A stretch of DNA of 64,000 nt, taken from Mobula hypostoma (Eukaryota). The notes beneath the pieces were generated by a model, which made no database searches, was not told the origin of the DNA, and worked only from the letters and a program-made list of their open reading frames with translations. The position numbers and the translations under genes were made by a program. The stretch is from assembly GCF_963921235.1 (NCBI RefSeq), contig NC_086109.1, positions 17,300,001-17,364,000 of the forward strand, in the 5' to 3' direction. Shown piece after piece: positions 1-12,518 of this stretch. The stretch's first letter is position 1, and each line of letters starts with the position of its first letter.

Positions 1-522
1 TGTGACTTGTACTGTCTGGAAGGGAGAGTTAACAAGCACACAGGAACCCCACTATCCATACATACTCCACTGGGCAACCTCAACCTTGGAGAAGTATTTT
101 CTATTCATCATTATCAGTAGGTGAAAATCTTGAAATATCTGACCTTGCAACACACATGGATGGCTCATAGCAGCACTGGAGTTGGTGCCCAGCCAAGTTT
201 TATTTCCTGAAATGACAACTTTTCTTGGTTCTTTGGTCATTGCTATATTAACAATTCTGGGAACCTGCTGAACATGCATTTTATATCACATTTTTCTATA
301 TAATGATTAATGATTGCATTAAGAAAACACTTAATTAGCTGTGGAATATTAAATGGTGCAATACAAATACTTGTTTGTCTTTTAATAAAAAAATCAATCT
401 TGTACAACAGAAGTTTGCACATGACTGGAAGAATGCAATTCCACATTAATATGCTGGGCATTATTTTTATGGTGTAGTGGAGATATTTTGTAAGGGTTAT
501 TGCAGGACATTTTAATCTATAC

Positions 523-1361
523 TGTTACGTACCCCGTAACTGGGTTGCCAAACCGGCAGAAATGGACCACTTAGTTGGAGTATGGATTACTGGAACTAAG
601 AAAGTTTTATTAAAGAGATAAGTAACACAGTTCTCTAATAGTAAGGATATAAATGCAACAGGTTAGCACGGATGAAACACACATGTACACAGAACTAGGA
701 TAATAGGATCAATCAAGCTCTATCACAATCTGGGGGTAAAATGATCAGTCTCAAGTGACACAGCGTTCAGTTCAGTTTAGTTCAGTTCGCAGTAATCGCT
801 GTTGTGCTGTGGGGGAGAGAGAGAGCGAGCGAATGATGATATTCAAATCGGATTCAAACAGACCTTTGATATTCCTTGCAGTTAGCTTTCGGGCGAGCCC
901 TTTGTAATGTCTTCTGAGGTCACCAACTGTGACCCCTCCGTTCCGGATACGATCGTTCTTCTGCGGTGAACCCGGCACCCAGGCAAGGGCGGACACACAC
1001 ACCAGGTTCCCACTGATCGTACCTTTCCACCCTGTGCGTCTATGGTCGGTCCCGCGACCAGACCTCCAAAATTTCCACCAACTTGTGGGGGGGGGGCACA
1101 ACGCACTTCCAAGGTCTCGTTATCTCGTGGTGTCGTGGTGTGTCTCTTGCCTTAGCGAACCTGTTCCTTTTATCCCCCTGCTGGGGTATCGCCTGTCCAT
1201 CAAACTTCAAACAGTTCAGGGTCAAAGCAACCGGTCTGACAATACTCGGAACTGTGTCTCTTTTCATTAATCTCTCTCGTCTCTCATATTAGCATTTTGA
1301 ATGTTTCCCCATTGTCTCTCTTATCGGCATCAATCTTCTGATAACTTGGTCTTTTGTCACA
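523..1361 (-). mobile_element. Solo LTR related to the Gmr1-like gypsy element at 11574-17895
   Basis: Begins TGTTACGTACCCCGTAACTGGGTTGCC like both LTRs of the full element and ends ...TGTCACA. Flanked by 4-bp TSD ATAC (519-522 / 1362-1365). No internal domain. Confidence 0.92.
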
Positions 1362-1919
1362 ATACCTAAAATTTATTTTCTTGACTCTGAAATGCATAGT
1401 TTGCACATAAATTGCCCTAGTTGACCACAGGGTAATTTGTTATTGTAGATCTTGATGTTGTATTGCCTTTTACTGTAAGTCCTTTGAAAGTGCTATCATC
1501 TGTTATTTTTAGGAAGATAAGATATGTAAGCAATGAGGTTTTAAATATATTAATTTTGACTGTATTTTCATCCCTCGTCAGTTGTAAAAATTTTAAGGAT
1601 ACAACAGCACAATTTATATCATTTTGTAATTGTCTGTTATATCCTACAGCTGTTATTTGTGAAATGGCTGGGGGAGATTTGTGATTTTGCTTGTCACAGA
1701 GAGAGGGTTTTGTTTTCTGAGTTTGTTCAAGTATTGGAGTCTATTAAACATGACAGTAAAAGTTAATTCTATTTTAATTAATGGTGCTTAAAAAAAAACT
1801 GAGAAGATTTGACCCTGATAGTTGGCTTACCTGGCATATCCAGAACTCAGACTGAATTCTCCTCTCAAAAAGAGATGGACAGAGTTATCCTCAATGTCCT
1901 TTTTGTTTTCTTCCCTCAG

Positions 1920-2030
1920 TTCTTGTAGTTGTGTTCTACAGAGTGTTTTGTCTCAGTACCAACTGCATGATTGAACACAGTTTGGGTTTCATGAGTCTTA
2001 CTGATAGGAGAAGGTGCTAAGAGCATTCAG
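1920..2030 (+). other. Candidate (probably non-coding) exon of an unidentified host gene
   Basis: Long polypyrimidine tract plus CAG acceptor (ttttttgttttcttccctcag) and strong donor CAG|GTAAGA at 2030/2031, in non-repetitive sequence. No recognisable protein. Confidence 0.4.
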
Positions 2031-3145
2031 GTAAGATTTTTTTTTATCAAGAAAAGTTTAAATGAACAAGACTGCAAAAAAAAAATCAGATGGTGGAAAT
2101 ATTTAAATTAAACAGACTACTTGGGCAGCATTTGTGAAGAAAGACAAATAAGTTAGCTTTTCTGGTTGATATAATTTCATTAGGACAGTGTGATGAGCAG
2201 ATTAGAATATTAACTTTTTATCTCTAAAAGTGTACATACTTCATAGCAGATATTTTCAAAAAAGCAAATAGACCTAGAGGCACTGCTTAATTAAACTTTT
2301 CTTCCTTATTGTGCCGTTACCATGCCTGAGACTGTAAAACTGACTGCAGACATAGAAACAAGGCGTGAATTTTGATAATACTTAAGATTGAGTAAATTTG
2401 TAATTACAGTTTAACTCCTTATCTGGCATGCTGTTCAGTGCAATCAAGAGTGATATGTTACCAAGTTCTGTCTACTCGTCTTTGTCTTGCTCAGTCTTTT
2501 TTAAAGCACTATCAGTTTTGGTTTAGAAATTTATTTAGTACTTGTGTTTGTTGTTGGGGAGTGGGTTCCAAGTCTGAGCTTTTTGTTGAACTATTTCTGA
2601 ACCGTACTCCAAAAATATTGATTGTTTTTAATTTCAATACCCAACTCATAAATTTATCAACTAATGGAAATAGTTTATTTTCATCTAGCCAGTCAATTCC
2701 ACTTGTTATTTTCTACCCTATAGATGCAAGGGTATGTAATACTACTACTTTAGCCATGTTATGTATTTAATTTAACTCATTGGCTCTAGCTATCATTATG
2801 CAAAATTTACCCATATAGTTTTTTTTGTCAGGCCTGTAAATCCTCCTGCAGACGGGGTGCTCTGAGCTGCTCACTGTGTAACAGATAGGAATTAGCCAGC
2901 TGTTTCTACAGCCCTAGCACAAGATCTACTTTGAACTTTGTATCTTGATTAATATCCACATAGGAGCAAGAATGAAAAATTAAATATTTATTTAAAAGGA
3001 TGACAATAAAAAATGTCACAGTACATGGGTTTTTTGCTGCTTGATGTATGAAACACAAAAGATTGGCATGCAGCTTCTACAAGCAATTCAGAAGGCGAAT
3101 ATGTTGATTGTTATTACAAATGGAGTTTTAAAGTTGACATGCTGT

Positions 3146-3380
3146 ACAGGCAATTCTTTTATTATGGAAGTTTAGGTAAGAGAAATTTGACCTTACAGAA
3201 TTCACAAATCACTACCAAAAGTTCTGGGGTATTAAATAAAAATTTGCTCTTGCGAGATTTAAGAGGTGGAAAATTAAATAAATGATATTCTTGCAGCTTG
3301 GATTTCTTGATACAGATGATGCAGATTTTCATTACAGAAAATCAAAATATGGACTATTTTCTAGGAAGGCAAGCCTCCAG
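3146..3380. mobile_element. Degraded Tigger/Tc-mariner-like MITE, related to 19153-19368
   Basis: Starts TA-CAGGCAA and shares internal motifs (aggtaa..gaaa...cctt.cagaa...aatcactacc) with the 19153 copy. The end is approximate. Confidence 0.35.
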
Positions 3381-4749
3381 TAATGTGGGGTCTTGTTAGT
3401 AACTTTGCCAAAAATGACATCTGGAATGATGCATTCAGATTTGGTTTGATCTTCCCGTTTAAGGAACTTGCATGCTAGTATGGGAGAGAAGATGCATAGG
3501 GCTGATTCCTGCTTTGAAGGTGTTGAGTTAGAAAATAATGTTCAACAGAAGAATGAGAGGTGATTTTTATTGAAACATATAAGATTGGCATGGATGAATG
3601 CTGAGATGATTTCTTTCACCTAATAGGATTAATTGGAACAATTGGTTGCCCATGCAAGGCGGGTGTTGAAAAATTCCTTCTCTCGGGGTCATGACTCTTC
3701 GGAATCTCTTTCCAAGAGAGCTCCTCCCCAAAGAGCAATTCAAGTCATTGAATGAGACCTATTTGAACCACAAGGGAAAAGCAAGTAATGGTGAAATCAC
3801 AGATTTGTTTTGAGTTCCATACTGATAAGACTTCATCTCATTGAATAGCAGAACAAGGCTGAGTGGTTTTTGATTCCGTTCATTGTGTTCTTTTTCAGCA
3901 AAAGACTTGCAAATGTATTTTCACCACATTGTTTCAATGCATTGCGATTGAGTATTTATGTAGTCTACTGAAACCAAATGAAATTATTGGGTAGGTTATT
4001 GGTAGAGAAACACAATGTCCTCAGCGTAAATTGTTCTGAAGCTATATCCGCTGAGTTATCCATTTGCTGCCTCTATTCAGTCTTTCATTTTGCATTTTTT
4101 CCTTTTGGCTCACTTCCCACTATCAGAGTTAGTGTAATCTGATTATAATTACTTTTGCATGTTCCCATTATATGTATGCACTTTATATCCAATCACTGTT
4201 AAATCTGGGTATCCAAATAAGGAATGGTTAAATCCTCTTACTGGGCAGAAAATGTCATCAGCTTTTTTTAAAAAAAAGTGGAAAAACTTGGACCTCAACA
4301 GTGACAATTGTCAGTGCCTTGGATTTTGAAAAACCATGAAGGTTGTTCTTAGAAATTGAGGGGTAGTAAGGCTTGTTATACTCTCTCAGCTGAGATGAAG
4401 GGCCAGATCATTAATGCCATATCTGTCATCATCATCCTCCTCCTCAGTCAAGGTTGCAAAGAAGAAAGAAAAGCTGCTTTTGTTAAATGATTATTTTGGG
4501 ATTGTGTACTTTCTTATGGAAGCAGATGGATGTTACTTCAATTTACCACAAATAGTGGAATGCCCTCTATAAACTGAAACTTGGTTCTCTACTCCCTTTT
4601 TTCTGTTCAGTCTATTGATTAATCCTGAGTGGTTATGGATGACTTTTTGAAGCCATTTGCAATGTCTTTCCTGTTCTGAGGAAGAATATTAGCACATCTC
4701 TTGACACCAATTTCAGTTCTGGTATGATAATACCTGAGGCAAGAACAAA

Positions 4750-4960
4750 AAGGTGGCACCATCATTAAGGACCCCCATCACGCAGCTCATACCTTGTTCT
4801 CATTGCTGCCTTCAGGAAGGAGGTACAAGAGCCTGAAGGCACAGACTCAAATGATATAGGGACAGTTTTTTATTTTCCCCTGTGCCATCTGATTTGTGAA
4901 TGGACATTGAACCCATGAACACTAGCTCACTACTTTTTTATTTTTGCACAACTTGTTTAA
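4750..4960 (+). mobile_element. Rex1/L2-type LINE 3' remnant
   Basis: Motif ccatcattaaggacccccatcac...ccttcaggaaggaggtacaagagcctgaag matches the C-terminus (I.D..HP...LF..LPSGRR.RSL) seen in the 8.7 kb copy. Confidence 0.6.
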
Positions 4961-7732
4961 TTTATCTCTTTCCCCCCTCCCCTTATATAAGTATGTGAGG
5001 GGGAAAAAATGGCTTGAAAGCATGTGGAAAGAAAAAAGGAAATCTCTTGAGGTTTTCAGCGAGTAAGGAAAATGAATGAAGGAAATGCTACCAATGATAA
5101 GTTGCAGTTACTGGCTGTCAGTTCGTTGCAGCTTGAGGATTGGACACTTGCCTGGAGGTTTAGGTCAGTGACAAGCCAGTTGTGTTTGTTGCTGACTTTG
5201 GGACTCATTTATGATTCATAGCAGGTGCATTCCACAGTGAGTACTTGACTAAGGTAGCCAAATATTTATGATGAAGGCCCTGTGCTACAGCTGGGCCTTC
5301 AGTATATTAACTTCATGTGGGGGTTTCGAACAAGCTCTGTGCATGAAACTCACAGCAAAAAACTGATAAATGACTGTTAGTAAGAGTAGCTGACTTTCAG
5401 AAGCTGGAGTATTTCTGATGTGCAGGCATATTTTTAATGCTTTGGAAGTTATTTTATTTATAAAGCTATTTAAATATGTTGAAATTATTGGGGAAAGAAT
5501 GATAAATCTTAAAGCATTTGAAGATATTGATTTAAGCTCAACAGTTTAAATAAAAGATCTTACCACGCTAACACTTGGTCTCTAACAACATTCAAACCAT
5601 TCAGGATAAAGTGCTGTACGGAGCAGTTTCCCACTGTAAATGATGTGGAATTATTGCAACTGCAACTGACCTCAACTTTGAGGAGTGCGATGCTGGAGTA
5701 TTGTAGAATCACCGACAAAGAGCCATTAATAAGATTGAGCTATCGAACATTCAAGCAAGTGTATTCAGGAATCCTACAATTACTGGCACTTAATATGGGG
5801 ATATGCTTACAGTTTGACATGGAATTTTTGATGTTCTTCATAGAATTTGACTGTTGTACAACAATGTGCAGGTTCCTGGAGGTAACAAGGTCAAGGACAT
5901 GATGCCCTGGGAGAGTAGAATGAAAAGAGATGATCAAGGAACCTTAATTTTGTTGTAAAGGCTGTTATCAAAAAGGACAAATACTCTAAACTGAGGCTTA
6001 TTGCATGCTGCTACATTTCATCTCTGTCAGGACTTTTCCTCTAGGTAAATGAACCTGGAGCATCTTGTATAATTGATGGTTAGGCATGAAGATGTTGACC
6101 GCTCTTAATCTGTGTATGGAAGTGGTGTAAAGTATTTTGGCAAAACAAATGTAACAAAATATATAGATGAAAAGAGGAAACACATCCCCAGTGTATTGCT
6201 GAAATCCAGATGCTGAGTATCTGCGATTATTGTCATGTGTTTACATAGAAACTGAGATTCTAGGACCTCCTGAATTTTTTTTGATCCATTTTGGTATCTT
6301 TAATATTTTCAGCATAAAACAGTAATTTGAAGATGTAGATGGTGATCATATTTGATTTTATTCTTCAATGTATTAATGATATGTAAGAAAGCAGGAGTAA
6401 TGATTATTTATGAAGCAATTCAATTAAGCTGTTTGACATATTTCATTCAGCTGAGTTTTGTGACAAATTACTTTTTTACCTAGAACATATTGTAGCACGG
6501 AAACAGGATCTATGGCCCACTTAACTTATCCCTTATGCTGACACACTGTCCATATCCCTTTATTCTGCTCATATTTGTGTGCCTATCTAAACATCTCATA
6601 GAAGTCCCTAATGTGCAGAACAATAAAGGCCCAAGAGGGAATTGAAATATTTGGAATGTACGGGTAAAACAATAACAGTAAAACTAACTGGGTGGTGGAG
6701 AGAGAGTAATGGCACAGTAGACAGAGCTTTAGCATGTCAGTTTTTTAAAAAATGTATTCATTGTTAGAGCATTTCCTGACACTTAGGAACTCAATGGTTT
6801 GTTACAGTTTTGTAACAAATTTCTATTCTCATATGGAAATGGTACATTTGTTTAAGGTTAAAATAGCAGTTTTCTATGTGGTGCAGTGGTGTCTAGTGTC
6901 AAGCTGGACCTTGACAACAGTTCCCAGCTCAAAGCTACCAACTTGGTTGAATAATAATGTATTTGTGCTCAGGACTGCAAGAAAGTATTCCTTTCTCGTT
7001 GGTTTGTTCCAGAGATGATGAAGACTGCCCTGTGGCAGTGTGCTTCTGGCACGGATAAGCCTGAGAAGCAGTTGTTGATTAGTGTGAGTGAATACGGCTT
7101 GTCAGAAGGATTGAATATCAGAATTGGATACTGAGAGCAGTAAAACTAACTGAGTCAGGCCATTGTTTGAGCATTGTTTAATCACTCAGCAGTGTGCTCT
7201 GCAGAGCTTGCAGATAACCCATAAGGCACTAAAATTAATATCTGGTTAAAATGATTTTAATACAGCTATAAAGTCCAGCAATAGTTTCTCAACTCTATTG
7301 TCTTTTTTTTTATTCTTCTCTGTACCTTGCTACTACTAGTCTCCCACAATTCCCTCTTCCCCACATTGCTACTTGTTACTTTTGAATCTGCAAATTCCTT
7401 ATTTAACACTCCTTCATAGGTTTTGACAGTCCTCTTAATCATTGCTAAATGGACACTCCCTTGTTTTTAATATGTACAATAAGTGAGTATTGATTGCTTC
7501 AGCGATTGGGAATCTCACAGACAAGTCTAATCATGTCAGTATCCGTACACTGAAACTTTTGCTTAGTGGCATAGTGAGTGGGAATGTCAGTAGATCTTGT
7601 TTCACTGCAAGTTTATTTACACTTGTTTACTCATTGTAGTACACAATCTTGTTGTGGTCAGCTTAAATCAGAAATAAAAGTGACAATGTATGACTTAGAG
7701 TCACACATTGCCATTTTTTTTACTTACAACAC

Positions 7733-8003
7733 AGTTGCGTAGTGGTTAGTACAACAGTTTACAGTACCGGCAACCTGGGTTCAATTCCCACTACTGTCTG
7801 TAAGGAGTTCTTCCTGTGAATGTGTGGGTTTCCTCCAGGTACTGTGGTTTCCTCCCACAGTCCAAAGCCATACTGGTTGGTATGTTAATTGGTCATTGTA
7901 AATTGCCCCGTGATTAGCTTAGGTTAAATCAGGGCATTGCTGGGTGGTGTGGATCAAAAGGCATATTCCACGCTGTATCTCCATAAAAGAATAAACAAAT
8001 AAA
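7733..8003 (+). mobile_element. tRNA-derived SINE
   Basis: A-box-like gcgtagtggttag and B-box ggttcaattcc. Body gtgggtttcctccaggtactgtggtttcctcccacagtccaaag and A-rich tail. Related copies occur elsewhere in the window. Confidence 0.75.
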
Positions 8004-8506
8004 TGTAGATCTTACCGCCAATAGCTGCCAGTAGAGTTCAGCAATGGGCTTTTATGCACAGGATCTGATGAATTGATATCAATGATAAATTGTAATCTGC
8101 AGGAACACTGCCAACATTGGATTACAGAAATTTTTTGGCAACCTCACCTTTCAAAATTGTGTTTCTTTGTCAATTCAAGCCAGTTCCTGCAATAGAAAAT
8201 GGAAAAATTAAACAAACATATCCAAAATATAAACAGTGCAATTGTAATATCAGTTTAGCTACTCATTTAAGTCAAAAGCAAAAGTTGTGTAGAAAAGAGA
8301 CCCTTACTGCACAACATCAATTGTGCTAGGAAGTTTGCTTTTCCTCCAGTCTGATCTCACAATAACAATAAAAACAATATCAGTTGATCAGTTTTTATTG
8401 TGTTTAATGATGGAAAGATAAAGATTAAGCCACCATGCTGTACTTTGGGCAAAGGAGTATGTGAACTTGTGTCAAACAAAGTTCAGTCATGACTTTGTGT
8501 GACAAA

Positions 8507-9640
8507 TTATACTTTATACTTTATTGTCGCCAAACAATTGATACTAGAACGTACAATCTTGACAGCGATATTTGATTCTGTGCTTACCGCTGCCTGGATT
8601 ACAAATTGATAGTAAATATCAAAAATTTAAATTATAAATCATAAATAGAAAATAGAAAAATGGAAGGTAAAGTAGTATTAAAAAAAAAACGAGAGGCAGG
8701 TCCGGATATTTGGAGGGTACGGCCCAGATCCGGGTCAGGATCCGTTCAGCAGTCTTATCACAGTTGGAAAGAAGCTGTTCCCAAATCTGGCTGTATGAGT
8801 CTTCAAGCTCCTGAGCCTTCTCCCGGAGGGAAGAGAGACGAAAAGTGTGATGGCTGGGTGGGTCATGTCCTTGATTATCCAGCATGCGGTGTAAAGTGCG
8901 TCCAAGGACAGAAGATTGGTTTGCGTGATGTGCCGCGATCTTCTGCAGCTTCTTATGGTCTTGGACAGGACAACTTCCATATCAGGTTGTGATGCACCCT
9001 AGAAGAATGCTTTCTACGGTGCATCTATAAAAATTAGTGAGGGTTTTAGGGGATAGGCCAAATTTCTTCAGTTTTCTCAGGAAGTAAAGGCGTTGGTGGG
9101 CCTTCTTGGCAGTGGACTCTGCTTGGTCGGACCAAGTCAGGTGATTTGTGATATTGACCCCGAGGAACTTCAAGCTTTTGACCTGTTCCACTTGCGCACC
9201 ACCGATGCAAATTGGGGCGTGCGGTCCGCTACTCCTTCTGAAGTCAACAACCAATTCCTTCGTCTTGCTGATGTTGAGGGATAGGTTATTGCCTTCACAC
9301 CATGCCACCAGGTTCTTAATTTCCTCGCTGTACTCAAACTCATCATTACCGGAGATACGACCTACAATTGTTGTGTCATCAGCAAACTTATATATTGAGT
9401 TTGATTTAAACTTGGCTACACAATCATGGGTGTACAGTGAGTACAGCAGGGGGCTGGGTACACAACCTTGTGGGGCACTGGTGCTCAGAGTGATTGTAGA
9501 GCAGAGCTTGTCCCCTATTTTTACAGCCTGAGTCCTGTCTGTGAAGAAGTTGAAGATCCAGCTGCAGATCTGAGTGCTAAGGCCCAGGTTCCGGAGCTTG
9601 GGAATCAGTTTATTTGGAATGATGGTATTAAAGGCAGAGC
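8507..9640 (-). mobile_element. 5'-truncated Rex1/Babar-like (CR1/L2 group) LINE, RT C-terminal part, pseudogenised
   Basis: - strand peptides [48 protein letters not shown] and LPSGRRLRSL. AATAAA followed by a short (AAAGTAT)-type tandem tail at about 8507-8525. Stops and frameshifts present. Confidence 0.88.
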
Positions 9641-11573
9641 CTCAGGATAGCACTTCCTGAATGTGATGCTGTGCACTGAGACATCATTTTTGATTATGAG
9701 CTTCTACCTCCAATTCAGATCCCAATTCAACAACCTCTGAAATGGAATCAAAAATAACAAACTGATTAACGCTGCCAGATAAGTTATCTCAGCTGTACTG
9801 AGGCGCACACAGCTCTGGCAGAGAGAAATAGTTCCCTAAAATCTTTGCCATTTACCCTTTATGCAGTCAGTCCCTCCTGCCTGATAAGGGCATGGTTTTG
9901 AAGGAAGTTAGTATGGCTGCAGAGTGCGGGTGAAAAGATGATCTTCATGCTAAGCCCATATGACTGAAATCCGAAGTTTGCTCGTATTGTTAATACTTTG
10001 TAAACATGTAAGAGTTAACCTTGTGACAAATTGGATAAGTCTTACTGAAGTCTTGCAGCTTTTGTATTTTGGCTTCCTTTGTGCGCATGAAAGACACGGG
10101 ATGTCATCTAAGCATAGAGAAATGATGGTTGCAGGCTTGGTAAAACATACTCACAACCCAAATTGGTAGGTGTTATGGGCTAAGGATTTTATTGTATCTA
10201 GAGAAATTAAAAATTGAAGAGCAGGTTCACTCTGTGCTTCTGCCTGAACCTCACAAATTCTACAACCGGAATTAACATGAGGAATCAAACAGAGTTTCCT
10301 TTTCCCTTTGGGATTAAGTTGCATAGTCCCGCAATGCATCTTTGGCAGAGGTTACTGCAGGGCATTTGTTCCTTTTTATTCTTGGCTTGCTGAGCCTATT
10401 AGCTTTTGTGTTTCAGATAGATATGCAGGTTTAACAATAAGCCCTCTGTTCCAGGGAATTAGAGTAGTATTGAATAGGTTCCTGTTAGTGAGTGCAGAGG
10501 AAGCCATTTCCAGGGCCTTCAAGGTTTTGTGCATCACGATCCACAGAAATGGTTTATCTACAGGTATGTTTGTTAGAAATGTTGATTAGAGATTAAGAAG
10601 TTGGGGTTGAAAATCTAAAATGTGTTGCACTTTGTAATTTAAGATAAGTTTATTTTTGTTAGTTAATTGCAAGTAACTATCACTTTCCCTTGAAATGTGA
10701 AAGATGCATTGTTATTTCTGTAAAATCCGAGTATTGTCTGCGTAATTATTTTTCAAAAGGGTGGTAGGGGGAAATGACAGAGCAATTGATCATTACATGT
10801 GGCATGAATTTTGTATCATGAGTAGCCAAGTGCATTCAAGGGAAGTCTGTTTATTGTTCATAGATTCTAGGTTAAAGGATCAGGAAGTGTATTCATACCA
10901 ATCCACTGAATTTAACAGTCATAAAATTGTCATTAGCCTCATCCTTTTGAAAATGACCTTAAAAGGATTAGATTGGGGCACTTTATTGATGAATAATAAG
11001 ATTTTGGCTAGGTTTGCAACAAGGAGAGTAAACCTGTCTGATTTTTGGCATCAAGGAACATAAAATTCCCAGTCTACTTCCACCGAACTCTATTTGAGGA
11101 TTTGTTTCAGGGTGGAATTGTTCTTAATGCAATACTGATTTCGGGGTGTATATACCCATGGAATTAATAGCAGCAAGGTTCTAACAGTGGATTCATATAG
11201 TTAGCTATATATTCTTGTTATTCCACAATTTGGTAACATCACTGTGACATTAGAGATACCTGAACATATTTTGTTTTATAGATTTTAAGAATGTCTACTA
11301 TTTGGCTGTCCCACTAGTTAGCATTATATTGCATGATACCCACCTGTTATTTTGTCTTGGTGCAAGTGAACATCTTGTGATGATTTTTTCTATCCAACTC
11401 ATGACAACTCAAGGCTGAGATCACAAATGGTAAATACTTTATGTGGACCTGTTTTACTTCCCTCCATTGCAAGTGTGGCCCCAATACTTCCGGGCAGCCT
11501 CTTTGCAGAGGGAAGAGTTGAGATATGAAACCAGGCAGGTGGGTTTTCAAAAAGATGGATTTTATCATGGGTG

Positions 11574-12401
11574 TGTTACGTACCCCGTAACTGGGTTGCC
11601 AAACCAGCAGAAATGGAACGCTCGTTGGAGTCTGGATTACTAGGAACTAATAAAATTTTATTAAAGAAATAAGTAATACAGTACACTAATCATAAGGATA
11701 TAAATGTAACAGGTCAGCAATGATAATACACACATATACACAGAACTAGGGTAATTGGAATCAACCAAGCTCTATCGCAGTCTAGGGGTAAAATGATCAG
11801 TCTTAAGTGAAGTAGAGTTCAGTTCAGTTTAGTGCAGTTCGCAGTAATCGCTGCTGTCGTACCGTTGGGGGGAGAGAGAGAGATGCAATTTGGTTTCAGG
11901 CAGACCTTTTGATGTCTTCGCAGTTGGTTTTGGGCAGACCTTTTGATGTCTTCTAATCCCGCTGTGGTCACCAACTGTGACCCCTCCGTTCCGGATACGA
12001 TCGTTCTTTCGCGGTGAACCCGGCACCCAGGCAAGGGCGGACACACACCCCAGGTTCCCACTGATCATACCTTTACACCCTGTGAGCCTCTGGTCGGTTC
12101 CCGCGAACCAGTCCTCTAAACTCTCACCAACTTGTGGGGGCACACTGCTCTTTCCAGGGTCTCGTGGTGTGTCTCGTGCCTTAGCAAACCTGCTCCTTTT
12201 ATCCCCCTGCTGGGGTATCACCTGTCCATCAAACTTCAAACAGTTCAGGTTCAAAACAACCGGTCTGTCAATATCTGAATTGTGTTTCTTTCCCGTTAAT
12301 CCCTCTCTTCTCTCTTATAGCATTTTGAATGTTTCTCCATTGTCTTTCTTATCTCATTAGCATCATCCGTCCGGTACCTCTGCTGGGCGTCACACATGAC
12401 A
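11574..12401 (-). repeat. 3' LTR of the Gmr1-like element
   Basis: Direct repeat of 17095-17895. Termini TGTTAC...CATGACA. Adjacent to the PPT. Confidence 0.95.
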
Positions 12402-12412
12402 CCCCCACCCTT
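12402..12412 (-). other. Polypurine tract (PPT)
   Basis: - strand AAGGGTGGGGG immediately precedes TGTCA, the start of the 3' LTR. Confidence 0.85.
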
Positions 12413-12518
12413 AAAAGGATTTTTACCGGGGTAAAAATTATGGGCATGAATGCACATTTTTAGATACACACTAATATACAGGTAGTCAATATTTGGCTAA
12501 TACAGAGAACTTTAAGTT

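Noticed and set aside
772..1292. Several 70-140 aa ORFs here and similar ones at 11819-12360 and 17345-17810
   Set aside because: They lie within LTR copies, their frames are not conserved between copies and they have no protein motifs.
7014..7065. ATGATGA...CTGA resembling box C/D snoRNA motifs
   Set aside because: The spacing is too short, and there is no terminal stem or recognisable guide.
11473..11538. Possible exon (AAG acceptor, CAG|GTGGGT donor) next to the LTR insertion
   Set aside because: Weak signals and no recognisable peptide; not supportable from sequence alone.
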